Source of the DNA: Oopsacas minuta
Taxonomy: Eukaryota > Animalia > Porifera
DNA length: 64,000 bases
Reading direction: 5' to 3'
Assembly (NCBI GenBank): GCA_024704765.1
Contig: JAKMXF010000298.1
Location: 372,001 to 436,000, forward strand
Notes under the pieces: model-generated
Told to the model about the DNA's origin: nothing
The model's database searches: none
Seen by the model: only the letters and a program-made list of their open reading frames with translations
In this document: piece by piece, positions 37,151-48,038 of the stretch
How positions within the stretch are numbered: the stretch's first letter is position 1
How the letters are laid out: the number at the start of each line of letters is the position of its first letter
Position numbers and translations under genes: made by a program

Positions 37151-39196
37151 ATGGCAGAGAAATTTATAAGAGCTCTTTCAATGTCAGATACGTCATTTAG
37201 TCTCGATGACAGACGACAGAAACATATAGCTATCCGTGAGAAAAAGCGCGTGCAGAAAAGGAACCATCTCTTCGAATTACATTTCTTCAAGCAGCCAACT
37301 TATTGCGCACACTGTCATCAATTCATTTACGGCTGTGGGAAACAGGGATTTCATTGTCTTCGTTGCAGTTATGCAATACATAGACATTGTGTAGAATTGG
37401 TAGCATTCAAATGCCCAAAGTTTGAAATGGAATCTGAACATCCTGACGTGAAGCAACACGACTTTAGAATCACGAATTATTCAAAATTCACTTTCTGCGA
37501 TCATTGTGGACAGATGTTGTATGGGCTATACAAACAGGGTTACCAATGCCAGGGAAAGGTATGTGGCATGAATGTACATTCCTATTGTCGCGAATTCGTT
37601 GCTAACCTGTGTGGAACTGGAAGCAACGAAAAGTATGGTCAACTCATGTTAAACTTTCTCTGCCATATAGACACCGAAACGAAAGGCAGTATATATGTTG
37701 ACATTAAAAGTGGTAAAAATCTTATGGCAGCCGATTCCAATGGATTATCGGATCCCTATTGTAAGATAAAACTGAAAGATTCAAAAGGAAAAACTACCAT
37801 CAAACACCAAACAAAAGTTCATAAAAAAACTTTAAATCCTACTTTTGATGAGAGTTTTGAGATTCCATTCAATCCTTCTGTAGACGGTCGTTTGGAGATT
37901 TGGATGTGGGATTATGATAACGCACTTCAGAGTGATAATATTGGAGGAATGTCATTTAGTATTGAAGAATTGAAAACGTTAAAAACTGGAGAAGACATCT
38001 GGTATGCTCTAATTAATCCATCTTCTGCGAAATTCATGAATCAACGGAGCTTGTCAGAGGCTGATGAAGGAGAGAGAGAAAGAATTGTAAAAGAAATTGA
38101 AACTATTCGTGAAAAGAACAGATCGCGTTTTGAAAAGTCAGAACATAAAATGAAGAGATCTTTTTCAAATTTAAACACATTAAGTGTTGATGATTTTGAC
38201 CGTATTGAACTGCTAGGAAGAGGAGCGTTTGGTAAAGTTGTCATGGTAGAGTACAAACGAATACCTGACAAGATATTCGCGATGAAAATAATGCACAAAG
38301 ATCTGATATTCGAGTATGACGCAGTTGATTGTACAATGATAGAACAACGTATTCTAGCAATGGAGGAGAAGCCGTCGTTCATGACAAGTCTCAAAGCTTC
38401 TTTCCAGGACGAAGAGAACTTGTATATGGTAATGGAGTTCTTATGCGGCGGCGACCTACTGTTCCACCTAATTCAAAACACAAATTTCTCTGAGGCTAGA
38501 AGCAAGTTATACATAGCTGAAATATCTTTTGGGATATTTTACCTTCACAAACAAGGGATAGTATTCAGAGACTTGAAACCTGATAACGTGCTTTTAGACA
38601 TAGAAGGTCACGTGAAACTCGCGGATTTCGGTCTTTGTAAAGAAAGTATTTATCACGGGAAATCTAACACTACATCATTTTGTGGTACTATTGATTACAT
38701 GGCGCCTGAAATTGTGGCTAGAAAGCCATACGACACAGCTGTTGACATTTGGAGCATGGGAGTACTGCTCTATGAAATGTTAGTAGGAAGACCTCCATTC
38801 ATTGGACGAACTGATGATGCTATTATAAAAAACTTATTGACAAAAAATCCAACATTTCCCACTTATCTGAGCCCCAATGCTATTAACCTTATCACTCAAT
38901 TGTTGAAGAAAGCACCAACCGAGAGATTGGGAGTAGATTCTAAATCTGGTGAAGCAGGTTTCAGAGGACATGCCTATTTCTCTAATTTGGACTGGAGCAA
39001 AGCTGAAAAGCGTGAAATACAACCATCATTCGTTCCCAAGATTACAAGTAAAAGGTCAGACGCTTATTTCGATGCAGAATACACTAAAGCTTCCACTAAA
39101 ATAACCAAAATTAATCCAGGAAATATTCTAGTAATTGATCAAGAGGTGTTCAATGGATTTGAGTTCACCTCAGAAGAAATATTAATCAAAAGTTGA
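37151..39196 (+). CDS. Protein kinase C, conventional architecture (C1A-C1B-C2-kinase), intronless, 681 aa
   Basis: Two C1 zinc fingers, C2 with DSNGLSDPY and WDYD...D, and kinase motifs GRGAFGKV, FRDLKPDN, DFG, TFCGT-x-DYMAPE. AGC C-tail. Confidence 0.95.
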   Translation: MAEKFIRALSMSDTSFSLDDRRQKHIAIREKKRVQKRNHLFELHFFKQPTYCAHCHQFIYGCGKQGFHCLRCSYAIHRHCVELVAFKCPKFEMESEHPDVKQHDFRITNYSKFTFCDHCGQMLYGLYKQGYQCQGKVCGMNVHSYCREFVANLCGTGSNEKYGQLMLNFLCHIDTETKGSIYVDIKSGKNLMAADSNGLSDPYCKIKLKDSKGKTTIKHQTKVHKKTLNPTFDESFEIPFNPSVDGRLEIWMWDYDNALQSDNIGGMSFSIEELKTLKTGEDIWYALINPSSAKFMNQRSLSEADEGERERIVKEIETIREKNRSRFEKSEHKMKRSFSNLNTLSVDDFDRIELLGRGAFGKVVMVEYKRIPDKIFAMKIMHKDLIFEYDAVDCTMIEQRILAMEEKPSFMTSLKASFQDEENLYMVMEFLCGGDLLFHLIQNTNFSEARSKLYIAEISFGIFYLHKQGIVFRDLKPDNVLLDIEGHVKLADFGLCKESIYHGKSNTTSFCGTIDYMAPEIVARKPYDTAVDIWSMGVLLYEMLVGRPPFIGRTDDAIIKNLLTKNPTFPTYLSPNAINLITQLLKKAPTERLGVDSKSGEAGFRGHAYFSNLDWSKAEKREIQPSFVPKITSKRSDAYFDAEYTKASTKITKINPGNILVIDQEVFNGFEFTSEEILIKS

Positions 39197-39328
39197 GAAA
39201 AATAAAAAGATTTGTATTCCCCCAAACTTCTGCCCATATTCATGACTAACAATAATTAGTTATTTTCGGTCATATATATTTACAAATTGTTCTGAGATTT
39301 TAATCTACAGTACAAATATATTAAAAGA

Positions 39329-40300
39329 TTAGTGAATAGTTTTTGCGATTACATTTTGCGCTTGCAAGAACAGTGGCCGATCTATCATTCGTCCCTCAAA
39401 AGTGAAAGCTCCTTTCCCAGACTTTTCATGTTCTTCATAAGCTCCCATTAAACTTTTCGCCCAAACAATTTCCTTTTCTGAAGGAGCAAATACTTCATGC
39501 ACTACTTCGATTTGTGTAGGATGTATTATCTGTTTTCCTGAATATCCCATTTCAACTCCTTCCCTACCCTCTACACGAAGTGATTGTAGATCTTTATAAT
39601 CTATGTGTACTATATCTATTGCCTGTAAGCCAAAAGCAGCTGCATAAGTCACAATATGCTGTCTAGCGTATATCAACTCGTTTCTAGATTCAGTTCTAAC
39701 AGCCCCTAATCTGGCTAAGTAATCATCTGATCCGAATATCACACCAGTTAACTGAATGCTTGTCGTTAATCGCGAGGCTGTTTCGAATATTTCGCGAATA
39801 TTTATCAGACCAATTGGGCTCTCGATTAGTATCATGATTGGGATACAAAAATGTTCTCCTTTAATTTCTCGAATAAGTTCAGAGAATTTTGTAAGCTCAT
39901 CTTTCGATTCTATTTTTGGTAAGACGAGTGAATCGGGAAGAATTTTTCCATTTAAAATATTTCTTGTGTCTTCTTCAACTAATTGCGATTCATAAGAGTT
40001 TACACGAACTGCTACTTCATATTTACACTTATGTTTGTGTTTCTCTAAGAAATCTGGGATAAGTTTCCTAGCAACTGCTTTACGAGATAGTGCTACACCA
40101 TCTTCGATATCCAAACAGACACAATCAGCATTTAAACCTAAAACCTTCGTAACTTTTCGCTCACTATCTCCTGGTACATAGAGTAAGGTTCTTCTAGGCC
40201 TCAACTGGGTGGAGCTTTGCTTTGGGAAAGTTGAACTGAAAGAATTTGAACCAATTTGATAAAACTGTATATATTTTATGAGTCTTGATATGCTCAACAT
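39329..40300 (-). CDS. CLYBL: Citramalyl-CoA lyase / citrate lyase beta-like, mitochondrial, 323 aa
   Basis: PRRTLLYVPG, LDIEDGV, VRVN, LPK, IESPIGL, FGSDDY, GKQIIHPTQI, GRMIDRP. Basic presequence-like N-terminus. Confidence 0.93.
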   Translation of the reverse strand: MLSISRLIKYIQFYQIGSNSFSSTFPKQSSTQLRPRRTLLYVPGDSERKVTKVLGLNADCVCLDIEDGVALSRKAVARKLIPDFLEKHKHKCKYEVAVRVNSYESQLVEEDTRNILNGKILPDSLVLPKIESKDELTKFSELIREIKGEHFCIPIMILIESPIGLINIREIFETASRLTTSIQLTGVIFGSDDYLARLGAVRTESRNELIYARQHIVTYAAAFGLQAIDIVHIDYKDLQSLRVEGREGVEMGYSGKQIIHPTQIEVVHEVFAPSEKEIVWAKSLMGAYEEHEKSGKGAFTFEGRMIDRPLFLQAQNVIAKTIH

Positions 40301-41050
40301 TTATAGATAATTAATAAGAGCTAGATGTAAATCAATAGATAATGCATTATTTTCCAGGAGTTTATTAATATTTATTGACTGAAGATTATTGAATCAATTT
40401 TAGAATATAATTACTTTAACTAAAGTCAACCGAAGTAATATTCGCGGTTTCTTTGCCTTGGATATACGTAACGGAAGGTGACTGTATAATGAAATTGGAG
40501 ATCTTAACAATTAATACTTGGTAGAATATAGAATTGGTTAAATAGTATTCAGTTTCTTGTGTTGTAGTTTTACAATGTTTTACGCTTATGTCCGCAGTCC
40601 GGTACAACCGTCTTGTTTATACCTTGTGATACTTCCCTTTTGTATTCTACGTAATGTTATTTAATTGTATTTGATTTACCATCCATTCTCAGTGCTCTAG
40701 TTCCACGCTAATGCACCAATGTTAAACCTGGATTTAACGTCATTGGTCCTTGAAGCCTGACTGAGATTCTCAAACTAGAATCCGAAATTTCCCATAACTA
40801 GAATAAAAATGAAATAATCAAAAGGAAACATAACTTTTGAATCAAATATACAAGTTTTAAAGTAACAGATGTAATTACAGCCTGAATAAAGTACATGGAA
40901 AGAGTATATATTAAGAACTGCAAGTGAGATGATGCTACATTAATTTGTTCAACTTTTGTGAATGTATTAAATCTCAGGTCCAGTTGTTGGGCCACTAAAT
41001 AAAGGAATAAAATGAATTCTAATTTATCTACAATAAACCTTGCTTTAGCT

Positions 41051-42073
41051 CTAATCAGCAGTGCTGACTCCCTCTAGGCTAGATAGTTCAGGAGGATCGC
41101 AAACTGGGTCTCCGAATTGGTCAAGAAACTCGTCCCATTCTTCCTCTCTACATACTGGTTGGTCATTTTCATTTTCAGTAATTTCTTGTGTGTCAGTGCT
41201 TAGCAACCCAGGATCTATATTGGTATGCATCATACTATGGTTGAATTCTATTGTTATAACCATATCGCGTACTTTAGATAATAGCTTATATTTCTCATTC
41301 TCCTTTTCCTCTAATGTAAGCCTAGATTCGACGATAGTCTTCATCTTGCTTAGATGTTCTTTGTTATAATCTTCTGCAACAATTAATGTTTTAAAAGAAT
41401 ACTCAATAAATTGATAAACAATCTGCAAATTTTCCTTTGAATCATTTGAATTGAGAAGTTCGTATAACAAACGTACTAGAGCTTGCCCCAAAAACGGGTA
41501 AGGTTGTTGGTTTCTATTTCTAGCAGTAACAAAGTAATCACTAATAACAGAGCAGAAATTCTGAAATTCTTGTGTAGCCAAAAGATCTTCAAAATAAAAT
41601 TCAGTTATCAAATTAATAAATTTCTTATACATGTAAACTATGGACATTTCTTCAGCTAATAGATTAGTACGTGTAGAAGAAGGATGTTCGTACAACATTA
41701 CATCAAGATGGTAACAGAATTTCGAACTGAATTTCGAGTAATTTTTATTTTTGATTGCTTGATCTATATTCATCCTCACCATATATTCTATTGTTGGCTT
41801 TGTGAATAGAACATTATAATTAATACAAGCTTTGAAGGCTGATACTATTGAAAGGAAATGTTTCTTCAAATCATGTGGAAAGAGACATATAATATTCAGA
41901 GTTACATCATAGTGGCTCAGGAATTTATGCAAATGTAAATCCTGTTCCACCGGATTTAGATTTGTTTCTTGATTTCCAGTTTGGCAAACTTTGGGTACGA
42001 ATTCAATTGCTTGAGGATTTAGCTGTTTCTTTGAGTTGCTAAGATTGTATCTGTCTTCTGGAATTGAAATCAT
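41051..42073 (-). CDS. PAIP1: PABP-interacting protein 1-like (PAM2 + MIF4G-like helical domain + acidic tail)
   Basis: Residues 18-27 LNPQAIEFVP fit PAM2. Helical core with F...L...C pattern. Acidic C-terminus EEWDEFLDQF (PAM1-like). Confidence 0.7.
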   Translation of the reverse strand: MISIPEDRYNLSNSKKQLNPQAIEFVPKVCQTGNQETNLNPVEQDLHLHKFLSHYDVTLNIICLFPHDLKKHFLSIVSAFKACINYNVLFTKPTIEYMVRMNIDQAIKNKNYSKFSSKFCYHLDVMLYEHPSSTRTNLLAEEMSIVYMYKKFINLITEFYFEDLLATQEFQNFCSVISDYFVTARNRNQQPYPFLGQALVRLLYELLNSNDSKENLQIVYQFIEYSFKTLIVAEDYNKEHLSKMKTIVESRLTLEEKENEKYKLLSKVRDMVITIEFNHSMMHTNIDPGLLSTDTQEITENENDQPVCREEEWDEFLDQFGDPVCDPPELSSLEGVSTAD

Positions 42074-42754
42074 TTTCGGTGCTAAATTTAACGTGTTTGT
42101 AAAGATAATTGTAAGAATTACAATTATATAATAATTAAATCTATTAACTAGTCATTGTCTTTAATATTCGTGTTATAACTCAATCACTTTAGAAATAGTG
42201 TCTTATGTAAGTTAGGCCGATATCAAATTAAATGTTCTAAAATAACTGAAAAAGCTCCTTATTTTATTTTATCAAAGATAGTATTTGAGTACACCTGAGT
42301 ACACCTCGCTAATCCGAACAGCACTGATCCTATTGCAAAATATTTCGTTCGGATTAGTGAAATGCAATGAGACACTACTATATAGGAGTACATTTTTCGA
42401 AACTGGTACAAACGATGAAAAGTCTGCCAACATGTCCAATATATTATGTTTTGTCCGCAGTAGATTGGATATAATTAAGTTTTATAACATTTTCCAAAGG
42501 GTGTATAACCGGTAGGCCTTGCTCGGATTATTGTGTGTCTAATATTTAGTATTTTAATTATGCGATATTTGAGAGTCCAATACATTTCGAATTAAGACTG
42601 CTAGATAACTAAATATTCAAAGCAATAATATTAGATATATAAAACGCAACACCAAACAGCACTACCAAAATAATTTACAATCAAAAATCACACTAGAAAG
42701 AAATTACAAAAGTTTGAAATAGATACATACAAACTTCGATCATAGTTAGAAATA

Positions 42755-44638
42755 TCAATCATCACCCACCAAGAGAGAATCAGTTAGATCATTACCCTCA
42801 TTCAGAATCATTTCGAACTGATTCCCTGCTCTAATCAATTTCCATTGTCTGTAGTGTACAATAAAGAAATAAAACACAAATACGATAAGTAAAGCGCCCA
42901 AGACAGTAGCCCACACAACCCAAGTTTTAGTTAAGTTATTATAGTCTGTGCATTCTCCGTTATGTACGTAACAATGTATGCAATCTCTATCTACACAAAA
43001 AGACCCAATTCCCCAAAAAATACCAGCTAATACAGCCTGACTAAGAGCCAAATAACTGAAATGTAATCCAAAGAAGAATCCTTTCAGTGAACTTCCAAAG
43101 TGATGATTACATAGGTAGTAAATAAATTGAAACGAGCCAACCATCGTAACACACTCAAACATCGCGAAAAAAACATACTGAGGTATTTGGGAAAAAATTG
43201 ACAAGGTACTCACATAATCATGTCTTGTAGGATTAGCGCAAGAAACATCTATTTTCTCAGAGATAATCTGAATATATTCCACAATCAATGAAGCAAATAC
43301 CCCAACAATTGCCAAATACAATCCCCAATACATTCGTTTCATAATAGAGTCAATAGCAAAATAGTTGCATAGTTTAACATGTGCATCTCGTAGGTTACTC
43401 TGCAAAACTCGTAAACATAAAAATTTTCTTGAAATACAATTAACAAACCAAGGAGCTTTGTCATTCTCATAACCCAATGTCAACTTGTAAAAAACATATT
43501 CAAATAATGGAAGGAAAATTAAAATAGTAAAAGAGTCAAGAAATGCCAAAGAAGATAAATGTATGTTCTCATTATGACCTTTATCACAAACAGAACTGTC
43601 GTTATACCCTATACTAGGCATATACAAGACGCTTGATTGCTGAGAAAATAGGACCAAATACCCGAAAAATAAGCCAAAAAACGGAAGTAGCATGATTAGA
43701 TTGAGATGTAACCAAAGCATGGATTTTACCATTTCAACCATTTCGTTAGAAAATGAACCACCGTATTCTTTATTAGCTAAATGGAAGAAAGATCTCCTTT
43801 TAGGTAATCTACGTAACTTACAAGTACAAAAACGAGCAAGTGCTTGGCAAAGAATTCCAGCTCCCATACAAAATGAGTAGTCAGTTTTGATGACTATTGA
43901 GTCATCCAGCAAATGCATACACCTGCCAACAGAGAATATGATAAGCGCCAATAATAAGAATAGAAACAGGATAATTGCCTGATACATGTTCGTCTCTGGA
44001 CTAAATGAAAAGTATTGTATATACGCAAAAGTATTACCGAGATTGAATGAAAAGTATGATAAAGCTAAATAAAATAAACAAGCAGCATCCGAAGTTTCAA
44101 ATAGAATATCGAGTCCATATACAAGTGAGATAGGAAAGAAAATAATGGTAGCAATCATAAACAGGACAAAAGCCAATATCGAGAAAGCAGAAATAAAGAA
44201 ACTGAAATGATAACTTAGCTTTCCAATCGGAGGATACTCATGGTGTGTTGTAAAACAATAGAATACTAATGCAGTAGCGATCAATAGCGAAACACTAGCA
44301 AATAAGTAAATAAATAAACTAAAGTGTACAAGTCTGCCTCTTCTAAACTTTAGCAAATCGCAACACAGACCCACAGGAGATGAAAATATCAGCGGTACCT
44401 GTTGTAGTAAAGTGAATGTGTAATCATTATTGGACACTTTCATTGAATAGGTCAACATGTCTGATAGCAATACAGAATAACTGTAATAGAAAAACCTTTG
44501 TAAAGCTACTATTGTAAGCAGTAGAAACATCCCCCTTCTAACTGAGGGTGGTATTTTAGGTCCGAATATCACGCATATTTTCACATGATTATTCTTATCT
44601 TGGTCTCTCTCTCTATTATCAGGGAGGTGTAAAGCCAT
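42755..44638 (-). CDS. SLC15/POT (PTR2) family MFS peptide transporter-like, intronless. Probable start at 44638; the ORF is open to 44749
   Basis: About 12 hydrophobic helices. TM1 QRFFYYS, FNLG, GGSFSNEMVEMVKSML, QIPQYVFFAMFE...GSFQFIY, SLKGFFFG. Confidence 0.8.
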   Translation of the reverse strand: MALHLPDNRERDQDKNNHVKICVIFGPKIPPSVRRGMFLLLTIVALQRFFYYSYSVLLSDMLTYSMKVSNNDYTFTLLQQVPLIFSSPVGLCCDLLKFRRGRLVHFSLFIYLFASVSLLIATALVFYCFTTHHEYPPIGKLSYHFSFFISAFSILAFVLFMIATIIFFPISLVYGLDILFETSDAACLFYLALSYFSFNLGNTFAYIQYFSFSPETNMYQAIILFLFLLLALIIFSVGRCMHLLDDSIVIKTDYSFCMGAGILCQALARFCTCKLRRLPKRRSFFHLANKEYGGSFSNEMVEMVKSMLWLHLNLIMLLPFFGLFFGYLVLFSQQSSVLYMPSIGYNDSSVCDKGHNENIHLSSLAFLDSFTILIFLPLFEYVFYKLTLGYENDKAPWFVNCISRKFLCLRVLQSNLRDAHVKLCNYFAIDSIMKRMYWGLYLAIVGVFASLIVEYIQIISEKIDVSCANPTRHDYVSTLSIFSQIPQYVFFAMFECVTMVGSFQFIYYLCNHHFGSSLKGFFFGLHFSYLALSQAVLAGIFWGIGSFCVDRDCIHCYVHNGECTDYNNLTKTWVVWATVLGALLIVFVFYFFIVHYRQWKLIRAGNQFEMILNEGNDLTDSLLVGDD

Positions 44639-44812
44639 TGTAAATACTATTGATTTATTTGAAAAAGAAAGATTAGTACTCAAAAGGACAAGTAGACTAC
44701 TGTATTGTATGTAGAGACTAGAACAATGATTTTTTAGAAAACTGTTCATATTCCTTAATTAAAATTAAAATTCATTATCTAGTTCACGATTGCGTATACC
44801 TAAAGAGTAATA

Positions 44813-44981
44813 CAGTACACCCTCGCTAATCCAAACAGTCCTGTTCCAATTGCAAAATAATACATTCGAATTAGCGAATTTTGTCAGGATCAGACACAAT
44901 TAGGTCCTTTTGAAATTCATTAATTGTTTTCGAAAGGTTGTATAACCATTAAGCCGACTTCGGATTAGTGAGGGTCTACTG
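44813..44981. mobile_element. TA-flanked MITE family F; a longer degenerate relative lies at ~42290-42530
   Basis: TA|cagtacaccctcgctaatcc ... ggattagtgagggtctactg|TA. Confidence 0.8.
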
Positions 44982-45531
44982 TATCAATATCCACTTGGAT
45001 ATGTCTGAATTTCATTCTCTAAAAACTCATGTTCTACGTATTCTTGAAACATAATAACTATCATCATTTGAAATCTTTTCTGCCATTTAAAGTGCAACAT
45101 CTAAGATAATTATTAGCCAGATCAGACTCCACTGTATCTATAACCTATATTATAGACGATGGATAAGTATATATTTTCAATGAATTAAGATAGTATTCTC
45201 TACAGCAGGCAGTCTGTGAGCGCAGAACCTATTTTTCCACCAAATTGACATCAAAATAAGACAAAATATTAAATAACACGAGGAATTAGTATCATCTAAA
45301 TTTATGGAATTAATCTAAGGTAAGCCAAGATAGAATAAGAGCAAAAATAATAGTAAGGAAAAACAAAGAAATGAATTTGTAGAATTGATAAGAATTAACA
45401 AAATAGTGAATCAATAAATCATCAAATTACCCATAAGGTATAATATAAATTATTCGTAAAGTAGCTTAAAGTGTGAAATAGCATATTATACCAGAGGGTA
45501 TGGTAAGGAGACTAAACGAGACCCTCTCCTG

Positions 45532-46842
<1,311 letters not shown>

Positions 46843-48038
46843 CTAGTGATATGATCAAAAAATACAAAAATAGAGGAAAATTTTGATATTCTAGATCTGG
46901 TGAATAGGAAAATCCAGCAGTTTTGCATTCGTGATAATAAAATAAACGGGCACAGTGTAACCTCCACACACGCGAAATGAATATAAATTCCATAAAATAT
47001 CATGTGATTCACTAGTACGTGTATAATACCTGTACTTCGTCTTCATGATTTTTGTACACAGGAAGCTTTTCAAAAAAATATTTAAATATCATTCATGTTG
47101 TGGAAATTGTTCAAAGTTCTCGGTTCCGCAAACTGTGTTAAATAGGTTGGAATCCCGTTGGATTTGGGACAAATTTTGGATAATACTCGAAAATACTATA
47201 GTGTGAGTTGTCCAACCCAGGGAAGTAACTTAACAAGGATTGCAACTATCCTATAATGGAGTCACAGTTATGAAGTGTGGTTGAAATCTCAGAATATATA
47301 ATTCATGGGGAGCACACAGATGAGGTTTCGGAATTTAACATGCAGTTTTACAAATGTTTGGTAGCCTAACTCGAAATTTTGGGAAGGCTGGAACTCCTCC
47401 CATGGCATAATTATCAACTAGCTTCGATCTATGTGAGCTCCAATCAGTAGGCATCATACAATATTTTATCGAATAATGTAATAGATTAATATTCAGCTCA
47501 AGGTAAAGGAAACAAAGCTGTCTATCACAAAACTACACTTTTTCCATCCTACCTACTTTCCTGGATTTTGAAAGTTCACGCGCAATCACTATAATCGCCA
47601 AAATAATTATGTAAATGAAACATTAGAGAATATCACACATTACAAATTCTAATAAAACTGCAGAATATCATATTAGTGTAGTGTCAGGTGAACCTTAGCT
47701 GTAAATATATCACAACGTCCCATATCTTTCCATCGCAATTCGAACTACGCAACTTCTTAGAAAAGTGATGATACTTTAAGAGAGAAGTATTAACTTCAAC
47801 GAAGTGGTTATACATACCGTACTATATAGGATATACAAATTGAAAGAGAGATATAGTATCATTCCTGTGTAAGATTAATCTATACCAAATAGAGGCAATG
47901 AATTAAAACCCTTCTACTACAGAATTTGTAGGACAAATGCCTGAGTAGGCTTAGGGCTTGCAAAACATATAAATGTTAGTATTGCTAGAATTAATAATCA
48001 ACATTTGATTTTTAGCTAGCTCATTCACTCAAAATATA

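Noticed and set aside
40560-41000. Possible small spliced gene between CLYBL and PAIP1 (exon-like pieces, e.g. RGTRALRMDEYKREV...)
   Set aside because: I could not build a consistent ORF with a start codon and plausible introns (one would be only 33 nt), and I recognised no family. RNA-seq is needed.
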